Shown here: piece after piece, positions 52,001 to 63,600 of the stretch | Layout: every line of letters starts with the position of its first letter | Position numbering within the stretch: position 1 is the stretch's first letter | Assembly (NCBI GenBank): GCA_964276515.1 | Contig: OZ193910.1 | Location: forward strand, 3,968,001 to 4,032,000 | Origin: Gordius albopunctatus | Lineage: Eukaryota | Length of the DNA: 64,000 nt | Reading direction: 5' to 3' | Notes under the pieces: model-generated | Told to the model about the DNA's origin: nothing | Database searches by the model: none | Seen by the model: only the letters and a program-made list of their open reading frames with translations | Made by a program: the position numbers and the translations under genes

Positions 52001-52890
52001 GTTCTCCGGCCTTGGACTTAAAAATTCTTAGGATTAAAAGACTGGCTCATAGTTTTTTTTTTAAATGGGGCCCGGCCTAGAATGAGTATATTCAATTAAA
52101 AATACATGAAGATCTTAAATCCGCAGTCATTTTTTTGACTCCATGAAAGGAAGATAATTTTTATATTTAATCAACAAAATATTTAATATTGTTCATTTCG
52201 CATCTATAGACATCTTTAAATAACGTCAAAAATTTTTGTTAGATCGGATAGGATCCTAATTTCTATTTGTTCTCTTAATGAGAATGCCTTAGGAAAGTTC
52301 AGCGTGGAAAAACTTTTAAATGTTTTTGATCAAACAACAACTTATTACAAAATAAATGTTTTCATCTTCAAATTTTATGTGACGTTCAGTTTGAATGTAA
52401 ATCTAACTAATTTAATCGAAAATTTGTAAAAAATTATTTAATGCCATTTTGATAAATAAAAATTATCATAAAAAATCAATATTTATACTTTGATATATAG
52501 TCGATAAATATTTAAATTTTGGGCCGGGCCTTATAATGATTTAAAATTTGGGTCCGGGGCCTGCTAAAAAATACCATTTTGCAGGACCTATAAAACATGA
52601 TTAGAAAATCAATAGAATCTTGCTTTATTTTGTGTCACGTTTTTTAATGATGTATTTGACAAAATTAAAATGTTTATAATTTTAAATTTTTATGTCTTAC
52701 TAAACTATTTGGACTCAACAGGACACTTAATATCCAAGGAGCACGCGAACCAGTTGTATACCTCGTTCCCGATAGCAACATCCCAAAAATACTGTTAAAA
52801 GGTGCCACCATAGTGGATCTCAATAAATTGCCGAGCCAGATTTTCTTATCCAAAATCGAATACTTGATGGCATTTTTGAAATATTTATGA
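44991..52890 (+). CDS. MED17: Mediator of RNA polymerase II transcription subunit 17
   Basis: Exons 44991-45103, 45142-45217, 45255-45316, 45352-45487, 45521-45707, 45753-45890, 45930-46066, 46241-46315, 46493-46573, 47331-47526, (47600-47652, 47929-47968 tentative), 48298-48511, 49258-49395, 50356-50470, 51108-51265, 52722-52890. Motifs WPWES, ELLNLRQNWRIKKIG..IIGDLSFKS, WHSKLETAQN...CKEIF, RLAGPQA, RDGR..LS...L..LLLSQVAQHQINAVQSLSK match MED17 as I recall it. Confidence 0.93.
46241..46315 (+). CDS. MED17: MED17 exon
   Basis: LVAELVQTKTQLEDHYVQGNSAYLS, phase 0/0. Confidence 0.8.
46493..46573 (+). CDS. MED17: MED17 exon
   Basis: LFPGVILIFTL...NDK|GTAAGT. Confidence 0.8.
46630..46899. mobile_element. 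PIF/Harbinger MITE in a MED17 intron
   Basis: TIR GGG-CGTCTTAATAT; TTA TSD. Confidence 0.75.
47114..47282. mobile_element. MITE family A copy
   Basis: CATGGGCGTAGCC...GGTACGCCCATG; flanks CTTGCACC/CTTACACC. Confidence 0.8.
47331..47526 (+). CDS. MED17: MED17 exon
   Basis: YLRCLEFGLHAHLL...RKRLAGPQALKFDD. Confidence 0.85.
48298..48511 (+). CDS. MED17: MED17 exon
   Basis: ...LLKPLVDMARHLHLRI. Confidence 0.85.
49258..49395 (+). CDS. MED17: MED17 exon
   Basis: SLEVVDNLSRPHPDP...DPYHS...TKGYEALC. Confidence 0.9.
50356..50470 (+). CDS. MED17: MED17 exon
   Basis: VLRDGRIQWLS...LLLSQ. Confidence 0.9.
51108..51265 (+). CDS. MED17: MED17 exon
   Basis: VAQHQINAVQSLSKLMNWQTLS...TITLKSPN. Confidence 0.88.
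52722..52890 (+). CDS. MED17: MED17 last exon
   Basis: ...VDLNKLPSQIFLSKIEYLMAFLKYL*. Confidence 0.85.
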
Positions 52891-53999
52891 TGAATTAAAT
52901 ATTATATGTAACATAAAGATTAAGTTGTCATAATATTATAGTAGTTTATGGTTTTTTTAAAAATTTATTTTCTTGGTTGTATTACGAATAATATATCAAT
53001 TTGTTATTTAAAAGCCTCCTATAAAACGTGTACAAAGCATTTTGTATCTAAGATCTAGCCTGTGCTAACGTATTGGGTTTAGCCCGGTAAATTAAGGTTA
53101 TACTACAAAAAAACACACACACTTACAAGTCTTGGAAGGATTAACCATTCAACTTATTCAATTAATAATTGCGAAATAATTCGTTCCAAGGGATCATTCT
53201 AATTTTTTAGTTAATATTGATTGAATCTTAATAGCTATTGAAATAACCCGATGCGACAATCTTTTATTAGTGAGAGTAATAGTATCAACAATATTGGACG
53301 AATGTGTGTTATAATCCCGATAAATAATTTATTAAATTTTAGCACTATAATATTAAATTTTAAATGATTATTTGATATTTCCCTGCCATCCCCTGGCTAC
53401 GCCCATGTATTTACCCCTTTTTTCACTTTGCTTTTGCAAAGTATTTTTAATATTATTGTTATGCAATTTGTGTTTAACTCTTGTTTGTTCATATATTTTT
53501 TATAACTTAAGGTTTCTAATAAATTTTCACGGAATTGTTATGTGTTTAAATTACTTATCATTTTTGTTACTTTTGCTTATCAAAAAAATAAATAATCAGA
53601 ACCGAAGCTTCTATATGATAATATTAATTTTTTTGCAACATCGAAATAAAAATACAACCAAAATTATAAGGGGTTTTTTAGCTTATTCACTTAGGGTAGT
53701 GGAGCAAAAAAATTTCGTAGAGCAAACAAAAAACTGGTCTAGATAATAAGAGATGACAACAATTTTTGTTTTTTTGAATTTATGTATAACCTTCTGCATA
53801 TGATTTAATATTATTTTTTGCCTAAAATCAAAATAATAACCAGAATTTGCAAACAGTTTAACGGATAATTTTTCTTATTGGACCGTGTCATTTGATCGAT
53901 AACATTGTTCGAAAGCGAATAATAATCATATGTTTAGTGCCAGCTACAATTTGAGATACTTTCAGGACACCAAATTTTTAAATTCAAATTTTTTATTTT

Positions 54000-54689
54000 A
54001 TGGAGGAAGTGTTGTGCACTCTTGATAAGTTAATATCTGAGTTCAACCGCAATCCTTATAATAAGAAGAACGAGAATGTTGATCAATACGATATTAATGA
54101 CTCTTTGCTTAAAATTATACCTTTTATCAATATCTTAGAAGAGAATAATTTGTTACAACTATATAATAGCAAAAAACCTATGATTATATCCAATATTAAA
54201 GGGTATGTTTGTAATATATTTATCTCAATTAAAGAGGACATTATATTAATGAATGATAGTAAGGCTAAAATAAATTTATATAAAGTTTGATGTAGATATT
54301 GTTGCAAATCCAAATAAGAAATTAACTAATTTATCAATGATTTTGTAAGTATATAAATAATTATTTAGAGTGAATATATTATAGAGAGAAATGCAAACTC
54401 TGGAGTTTTTTCAAACCACAATTATTAAAATGCATTTATTCACAGTTGTCATACTTAATAAAAGAGAAATATAAAAATAATTTGGGTTGTAGCTTAAAAC
54501 CATATATAGATAAGGTATCAATATTATTATAAAGATATATCAATTGCAAAGTGGAGTCAAAGTGTTTCTAAGTACATAGATTTAATTTTGAAAGAAGATG
54601 AGCAATATGTAAATGGATTCAAAGAAAATTTAGCCCAGTCAATAAAGTCCTATATTATTGAATGCTATCTTAATTTAAGATTCCAGCAA
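54000..54689 (+). CDS. ANAPC2: ANAPC2 exons 1-4 (compact block, introns 37/40/37 nt)
   Basis: Phase-consistent GT-AG introns at 54259-54295, 54345-54384, 54515-54551; start codon inferred. Confidence 0.75.
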
Positions 54690-57600
54690 GTAATAAAAAA
54701 ATTACCTCTTTAATGATTTGTTAATTTTTAATAAACTTGAACATTATTTTTAAATCTATAATCCTAAGTGCACAAAAAATTATTATCTTGAGAACATACA
54801 ATTTAAATAGCAAATATTTACCATTTAAGTCATTAATATATTGTGAAAGCTTAATCATTATTTTGCGCAAATATTAATAGGACAAACATTTATGACTAAT
54901 AATATATGCACCTCAACAAATTTTTTAAATTAATTGATTCACCCAAGAGTCTTACACGTCTAGATGCTGCAGTTTAGCCTAACCATGCCCTTCACAAATC
55001 TTAACAGACATTTAATTTTTGTTTTTTTAATGACCCAAGACAATTATATGTTTTACCTACAAGGTATTGAGTTTAGAAATTATAAATGTTTATTTTTACA
55101 TTTTTAACCAATAGATTTTAAGATATCACATTTTTTGGATACCTAGTAACAAAACAACCTATGTTTGTCAATAATTTTTTACCATAAATTGAATTTGACA
55201 TATTGATTATTTAAATAGGTTATTTTAATGCTTCACTTTTAAAGTACACACTTTGTTGCACCAAAGAGTAACTCAATATTAATTAAAGTTATGAAACCTG
55301 TGATATTTTGGAATTCATTGTTAATGTAAAAGGTGTAGATTATATAATTATAAATTCTTTATTAAACCATTACCCTTTTACCTTTGTTGTATGAGAAGTT
55401 ATGGAAACAGGGCTTACTAGGTTCAAGTTATATAACTCAGACTATATTTAAAACCCTATGTGGCTTCAAAGCTTTGAGCTACTTGATTTGGAATATAATA
55501 ACAGTTTAACTAGATAAACTGCAAAATAACAGATCATAAAAATTCAGAAGAATTTATATAAACCCAAGATTAAAATGGTCCTTATGACTATCATCACTCT
55601 ACCTGAAAATTGGAGGGCTCTATTTCCACCAAACTTCGAACTGAGATAATTTTGTCAAAGTTTGAAATACTATGAAATCTAAACCTATATGACTTAAAAT
55701 AAGATTTGTTAATGTCGACCATACACATCTGTAATATTTTGGCAAGAAAAATTGTTTCTTTTATTTATATAAAAAATGGACTTTGTGAATATCAGATAGA
55801 GCAGAGTTCTGAGTTTTTTGCGATTTTATTTAGCTACTTTGCTCTACCTGTATTTTTAAGCGCAATTTTTAATGTTTTGTAGAAATTAAAGATAAATTCA
55901 TGAAGTTATTTATTATAAGGACTATATTAACGCAATAAATTAATTTTTTAATATTAAAGACAATTCTATGGTGAATTGGGGTTGTATACCATGTTATATT
56001 AAAAAAATTGTTTTACTTTAAAATATCCTCGAGGGCATAAATATATACAATTAAACTTTTTAAGCAATCATATATTTATAACAAATACCATTATTGAAAT
56101 TTATTAAATATTTAAATACAAAATAATATTATACAGAAATATTTTTAAAACCTGTGAATTTTATTGTCTTGATAATTAATTTTGGTGCAATCTCAAATAT
56201 TCTCTTTAAAAAAATTTTTCCCTCGCTTTTATAGTCATAACAATTAGTTAATGTCATCTTGAGCGATAAAGTACAAAGCCAAATTTATAGTAATAATCTT
56301 TGTAGTTACAAATTGTGCCCATTGGATTTGTCCGATTGCAACCACCTTTATCAATTTCTTGATACATTACCTAAAAACTGTTGTAAAAGTTAGGCCTTTA
56401 TTTTTATATAATTTTTACAAATCTTCATTCGAAATAGCTCTTATATTATCATTGTTTGACTTACTACAGTTAAAAAGTAATTGCATGAACATTAGGCGAA
56501 TTAAAATTTTAAAGGCAGACGATTTATTTACGTGTTTAAATGAGCGTTTGGGATTGGGTAATTGTAAACGGGGCAAAACAATTTTAAAAAATTTGCAATT
56601 TGCAGATTGAGCAAAATAAGAACCTTAGAAAAAATTATTTTCACGTATAAAAATCTACCGAATAGCACTTATTGCTCTATGTTTGTAGCGACTCTATTTC
56701 AACCAGCAAAATGGTAAAATTGTACTACTAAAATATTTTTATTCGTTCTAGATATTCCAAACAATTATTTTATATCCTGAATCCATGCCTACCTTGAAAG
56801 ATTTAAAAAGATATTTGGTGAAAAAGAAGAAGCAAAACCAAATGGCTAAACCATCTTATGCCTCACGGTACAACCTTGCCACCCTTTGTCTAATCATTAA
56901 CGAAGAAATTCAAAATAGACTCTTACATCCAGGTTTTACAAATTACTGATATGTCCCTTAGATAATCGTCATGCAAAAAAATATATATGTTTGGGGCACA
57001 CCGGAAAGACAAAATTATTTATACAACATTATTGGCATAAATATAAAAGCTTATAATTTAATATCAAACCTCTAAACTCAGTTTAGGCTAAGGCTTCTGT
57101 AAATAGATCATTTGTCTGTGCGACAATGGCTAAAGAAAGGGTAATAAAAGCACTTTCTGCAAAAATTGTGTTTTTTTATATAATTGTCTGTTTTGTATTT
57201 TTAGATAAAATCGAAAGAGAGTTTTAATGTGTTTAATATAGTTTTCGTTATAAATTTAACTATAAAAACCTAAAATTAGGCTACTGAGATGGGATGTTCA
57301 AAACTAATTAAAATGAGATGGATATTTCGAAAATTGTGTTACTTACAACCATATTCTCCGTTTGAGGCTGATCTAGAGGAATATTTTGAAAATGTTAAAT
57401 ATATAGTAGAGGTAATATATGCCATGGGAGAGGATTAAAGATTATATACAAAAAAGTATTCCTGGCATATTTTGGAATCGCTAATGTAATTCAGGTAGAA
57501 AACTATTTATTCCATAGGAAAATGGTGGTGTGACCTTTCATGAAATTCAAGAATTTTGTCACTTAATGTTTAAACCGAAATCTACCGTCACAGCCTCGAG

Positions 57601-60600
57601 ACTAAAATTATTCTCACTGTGAGATCCGAAGGCGAGCAAATCTTAAATATTACAAACCGAAAAATTGACAAATTACGAGAAGATATGAAAGAGCGCGTCG
57701 CGACAAAGAAAAAAGAAGTCGAAATTTGATATAAATATCCTAGTAGGATTGATAATTTAGGTCAAAACTTTTAATCAAATGTTGACTATGGTTTTATCGT
57801 GAGATAGATATGAGAATGAACTTAGGCCTAGCCAGCATTTTAATTATTGGGGGCGAGGGAATAAATTTTCAGAGAGGGTCAAAAGGATCATTTTTTGTTT
57901 TAATTTTTACAAGTTTTTAGGCCCCCCCCTCCCCCTGGTTACGCCCATGAGAGTGAAAGCAACTCTTTCCATCATAGTAAAATTAGCGATATTCGTAACC
58001 TATACACAATAATAATGGCCTGCAAATTACAAAGTACTATATTGAACTTTAGCTCGAAATTGATCGCGGAGCGCTCTTTCACATCATTCTACGAACGCGA
58101 GGGTGCGTTCAGCGAAAAAAAGCGAAGTTAATTTTTGGGCTAATTTATCAAACTCTTCGTTTTTTAATTCATATCTTTCTATTCACCGTGAAATTTATCA
58201 TATATAAATGGTATTCATTGATAAGATCGTAATTATTCTGTAAACATATACAACAATTATATAAAGATACATACATACCGCATTCAATTTTTTAACCATT
58301 GCGCGAAAAGTACAAAATGATTTACGTATCTTATTTTCGCTCACTTTTGGCCGCAGGCGAAAATAATCGTCTGCGGTTTCACCAAGAACGCATCATAATT
58401 TTTTAACACCCTCGACAATTCCCGAAAACATATCTATGAAGAACACTATTTACAATTGTTATTTTCGTGATATATGATAAATTTTACGATTAATATAAAG
58501 ACAGTAAGAAAAAAGAATGAATAGTTTGATAAATTAGCTCTAAACTTCACTTTGCCTTTTTTCGCTTCGCGCGTCATCACGAAAGTTGCGTTAGTCTATG
58601 AATGTAACGTAATACACACTCATTACTCTTTTATACAAATCATTTTATTTTTGGTGAGACATTTAGTAAATAAATGATTATCCAATAATTTCATGAGCGT
58701 TTTAAAATGTGTTGTTTACAAAAAGCTAAAGCTACAAAAATGCCCTTTTCAGTTGTTTACGATTTAATATGATTGGTTGTTAAAAATATATGTGACGCTC
58801 TAGAAACAGTTATACATGAGAAAATACCAATTTGCATTGCATTAGGATTTAAACGTCTTTTAGTTTTAAATTGTGATTTAAAGCAATGTATTGCAAATAC
58901 CTGAAACCCATTTGGAATGTCATGACTTACTGTTAAATGTTAAAAAAATATGAATTTGGGCAAACTAGATTTGGGCTAATAGATTAAATAATAATGTACA
59001 CTAAAATATAACCACGTTCACATGGGCGTAGCCAACATAAGAATTAGGGGGGGGCAATTAGGATTTAGGGAGGGTCAAAATGAACATTTTTTAAAATTTT
59101 AATACCAAATTTTTGGATCTAGAGGGGGCAGCCGCCCCTTCCTGTCCCCCCCCCCTCTTGGCTACGCCCCACCACGTTCATAAATAATTCTGAACAAAGG
59201 TATCTCTTAAAAACCATTTTTAATCAAAAGACCCCTCTTTCCAAAATTAGGAGAATGAGGTGAAAATTTATCCTTTCCCCTAAAATAGCATAAGATGTGT
59301 TAACACTATGTTACAGGCGTCCAAACGCGGGACATTCTGACAGCCTACGTGTCTACCATGAAGGTTATTCGTATGCTGGATCCTATCATGGTGCCGATTG
59401 TTACAGAATCTTTCCAAACTTATCTCAAGTATTTACATGGACGTAGCCGGGGGGGGGGGGCAAAGGGGGGTGTCTGTCCCCGCTCTTAATCCAAAAATTT
59501 GTCGAAACATTAAAATTATGCCTACAATTTCAATAAAAGATCATTTTGTCCATCCCTAAATCATTATTGCCCTCCCTCTAATTCCATCTGGCTGCGCCCA
59601 TGAGTATGTAAACCTAATTTTAAATTAAATATATCCGATTTTACGTAAATTCTCAATAATCACAGTATATATAATTTTGTTGTCAGAATGATAAATTAAA
59701 TAAAAGGTTGGCAGATGTGTAATTTTAAAGCATATAAACTCCCGAAAGCAGTCTAGTTAGGTTCGGTTTGTAATTAATTCGTTTTTGCTGTTGTTTAATT
59801 TTCATTTTTTATTCTCCCCTATTTTTGAATCTAAATTTTAGTTCATCATCATAACTATATGTAACATCGTGACGTGATTAACTGGTGAGCCTAAATATTT
59901 ACATTTTTATCACGCGTAAGGGCTTCTCTTAATATCGGATTCAGGTTCAAATCGCGCGAATTTATCTTTGTCTAAATATCCTATTAAATTTCTTGGCTCT
60001 AATGGGAATAGCCTATTAAATTTTAATGAAAACAATAGAGTACAATATGAACTTGTGCGTACTCACCCATGTTATTATATTTTAATATCTAATAAACAAT
60101 TCAAAAAATTATTCCCAATGTTAGCGCCGTGCTATAGCTCTAGCGCATTTAACTGCTATCGGCTATAGCTTTAGCCCCGCAAATCTCCCATCTCCCATAG
60201 CTTATAGCACTTAAAGTGACTATTGACTCGTAGACATAGCGGCATTTGGGTGCTATGTGCTATAACTTTATCTCCTTAAAAACGCTATTCCCCCATCACT
60301 AGGTCTAACCCCGTTATAATTGTCATTTGGTTTTTTGATAGTTAAAAAAGTTTTTGCTTGTATATTTAAACTTTTGAGATTAAATCCAAACTTTGCTGAT
60401 ACCTAAAAATTTAAAAACATACAACATTTGAGCTTAGGAAAAAATTTTCATCTTACAAAATCGCTGTTGTTATGCGTCTGAAATGTAAATTTGCTGTGAA
60501 TTCGAAGTTAGGACACGGCTGAGTTACTACAGCCCATACGACGATTTTTTCTGCGCAGCGAAATCCGATATTAAGAGAAGCCCTAAATAAGATTGTTTTA

Positions 60601-63600
60601 AGTAAACCTTCTACTAAAGAACAATATATAATTTGCGAGGAATAAATTTTAAAGCGACTTTTTCTGCAAATGCTCGATGTCATGTTCCGGGTAGGCGCAG
60701 ACCGGATACCATAAAATGGCTAGTTACTAGCTTAACGGCTAACGAGCCTACAGAAGAGAAGCCGGCTTTCGGGGAAATCGATTTGAAAAGTGGGGAGGAG
60801 GGGGTAGACCTAACACGCCCCTGCTCTCCACAAATAATGGACGAGGAGTTCGGAGAAGCTAACTTTACTCAGCCGCGTAATACCTGTGTTATGGATGGCT
60901 ATGTCGATTTTTGCTTGATTTTAACACGATATACGGTCGAAACTCCTTAATCGCAAATCGGATTATCGAGGGAATCTTTTAATCGCGAAGTTAACCACCA
61001 TTTTGTTTTTTTAAACGATGACATTAACAAAAACATCGTTTATTGACAAATCGCTTGAAAGTACAATCTCAGATATTCACAAACATTTTCGAGTCCTTAA
61101 ATCAACCAGATGATAATTATATAAAATATCGTTTTATTGCGAAGCGTAAGAAATTAATATTTAATGTACATATACTTTTATTTCCATCGTTTAATCGCGA
61201 TTTTTTCAGGCCCAAGGATTTGCAATTAAACGGTTTTGACTGTACTATAGGGATGTTTAAAATATGGCAATAGGAGCAGTATATAGTAGTTGGGAAAATG
61301 TGGGTTTAATTAATCGTAGCACTGCATATACCTATAATAATTATAATGTAATTAACAACTGGGACTCGACCCACGCAAAGTTATAACGTGGTCTAGTAAA
61401 GATTTACGCCTCAATTTTATTTCTAAAAAAATTTTATACCTGCGTTTTATGTTGCTAAGCTCAATTTTTAACGGAAAAATAAATATAGGATTTTCGTGTG
61501 AGCTAAATTATTATTTATACTTCTCATTCTCGAAAGGAAGTCTGATCTATGATTTCTTAGCATTACAAAAGTTCATAATCACCTTTATCACAATATTTTT
61601 GGTTGTTGATCGTAGCTATTTCAATCATTTTGTAGACCCAAGTTAATGCCGTTTTTTACTTGATTTTTGATTTATATCGAAAACATTTCCAAACTCTCCA
61701 CACTCAAGATGACTCAGCCTTCGGTCATTCGGATAACGATTCAAAACTAAGTTTTGCAATGCCGGACGATCTTGCTAAAGAATCGCCCTTAGCCCAAGCC
61801 TTGTTCCCTGAGCCCGTCGACTACAATAAATCTCAAGATCTCGAGGAAATTTATGATCAGATCTCCTCTCCGCCATCTTGCGAAATTCTGGGGTTTAACA
61901 TGGAAGTGGCCGTCGGCTTTGTGACACCGGACGTTAGCGAAAGCGAATTTTCTCAGAGCGACGAAGAAAGAGGCAAAATGCGGTGGAAACCATTGCCTAG
62001 ATACGCCGTGCCCGGCCATTTGAATTACGTGGAAAGTAAGTGTAATGCCTGTCATTGTGGAATCAGTGTGTGTGTGTGTGTCTGTAGGAACGGGCCTTTT
62101 TGTGGGGGCTTTAACGAGAAATTATTAAAAATTGCTGGATTTTATTAGATTTATACTTATTATTTTAAAATTTTACATAAAAATTTTGTCTATTTAAATT
62201 TCAATAACATTTACGTTTAATCAATATAAAAAGGAATTGGTCCTCTCTAGCCCAATTTTTTGTAAATTCGATAAATAGATCTTATGGGTTCCTAAGTCTG
62301 GATTTCGATAAATTCGAAATTTTTTATCCATCTAATATTAAAATCATGATTTAAGTTTGATTCGATAAAAAATTAAAGATTCAAATCTTTTCAAGTTTCT
62401 TTAATTACTAAAAATCGCATTAATTTACTAATATATCAAAAAAGGCGAACAAAAGTATAATATATATATTTAGTCAGTTTTTGTTTGTTACATAAAAGCA
62501 CCTTTATAATGATCACAGGTAGCATTATTCAATGATTTATTATATAGGAAATGATCCCAATCCATGAAAAATTCTTCTTCTTCAGTATAAAATATTTTAA
62601 ACATTAAATAACGATTAACCTAAATCACAAATCGATTGGAGTTTTAAGTCTATATTATATGTAAAAAATATGTTTTAATTTATTTTTTGTATTCTTATAA
62701 ATTTAAAATTAATGATCGGGGAAAAATAACTATGTTGCGGAAAGATAAAAAGTGTTTAATTATATTCATCTTCTCTTTTTGAAATAAATTCAAAGTAAAT
62801 AATTTTTTGAATCCTCATTTAAGGATTCGACTCGAAATTTCTCGCAACTAAACATTCGTTAGAAATTCACACATAACGATTCCAATCTCTAATATTATCC
62901 ACTTAAATTTCAAACTTAATTTATAAATTTGCTACAACAAGTTTTGGTCGATAACTCATATTATTCCAATGTAATTTATGTGTCCTTCCATATCGACAAA
63001 AAATAAGGGTCAAATTATTTTGATAATTCCCAAAAAGCAACTAAATTAAGGAAGAAAAGAGTGACCCCATGTCGCTTCATCAGTATGCAATCCTGTTTTT
63101 TATTTCGTACGGCGAAAAAACAATGAGAACGACTAGATTTTTCCAAAATTTTTAACCATTAAAAGATATAGGGCGTTTTAGTGTGAAAATAAAGGTGTAG
63201 GCAACTCTTGGTTTAACCTTTGCATGTCATTTTACAGGACTTGAATCTATATGTTCATGGCATAGCGAATGGGGGAGAGGGCAAGTGCCTGAAATTCATT
63301 AAAATTATGGCCAAATTTTAAAATAGGATTTTGCCTCTCCCTCATTCATCATTGTCGACCCCCTCCGATTCCAACGCCAAGTAATCCATTACTTTTAACT
63401 GTTTTTTTGGCTTTCGCTAAGTGAAATCTAACACTTCTTTCCCGATTTGTTATAAGCGAGAGAGGTTTCCTCACTATTCGGTAAGCCACATTCACGCGGT
63501 AATCTCTTCGACGTTTTAGCAAATAGCGGCGGATTATTTGTGCATTTTTCCGAATTCTTCTTCCTTTTATCTTGTATAATGATCGAGTTGATTACATATG

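Noticed and set aside
55200..55650. Coding-looking stretch in the ANAPC2 intron
   Set aside because: Multiple stops, no consistent splice model found and no recognisable motif
56306..56720. Small AG/GT-bounded segments as extra ANAPC2 exons
   Set aside because: The exon ending at 54689 (YLNLRFQQ) joins 56752 directly and fits APC2 better; the alternative needs a 30-nt intron
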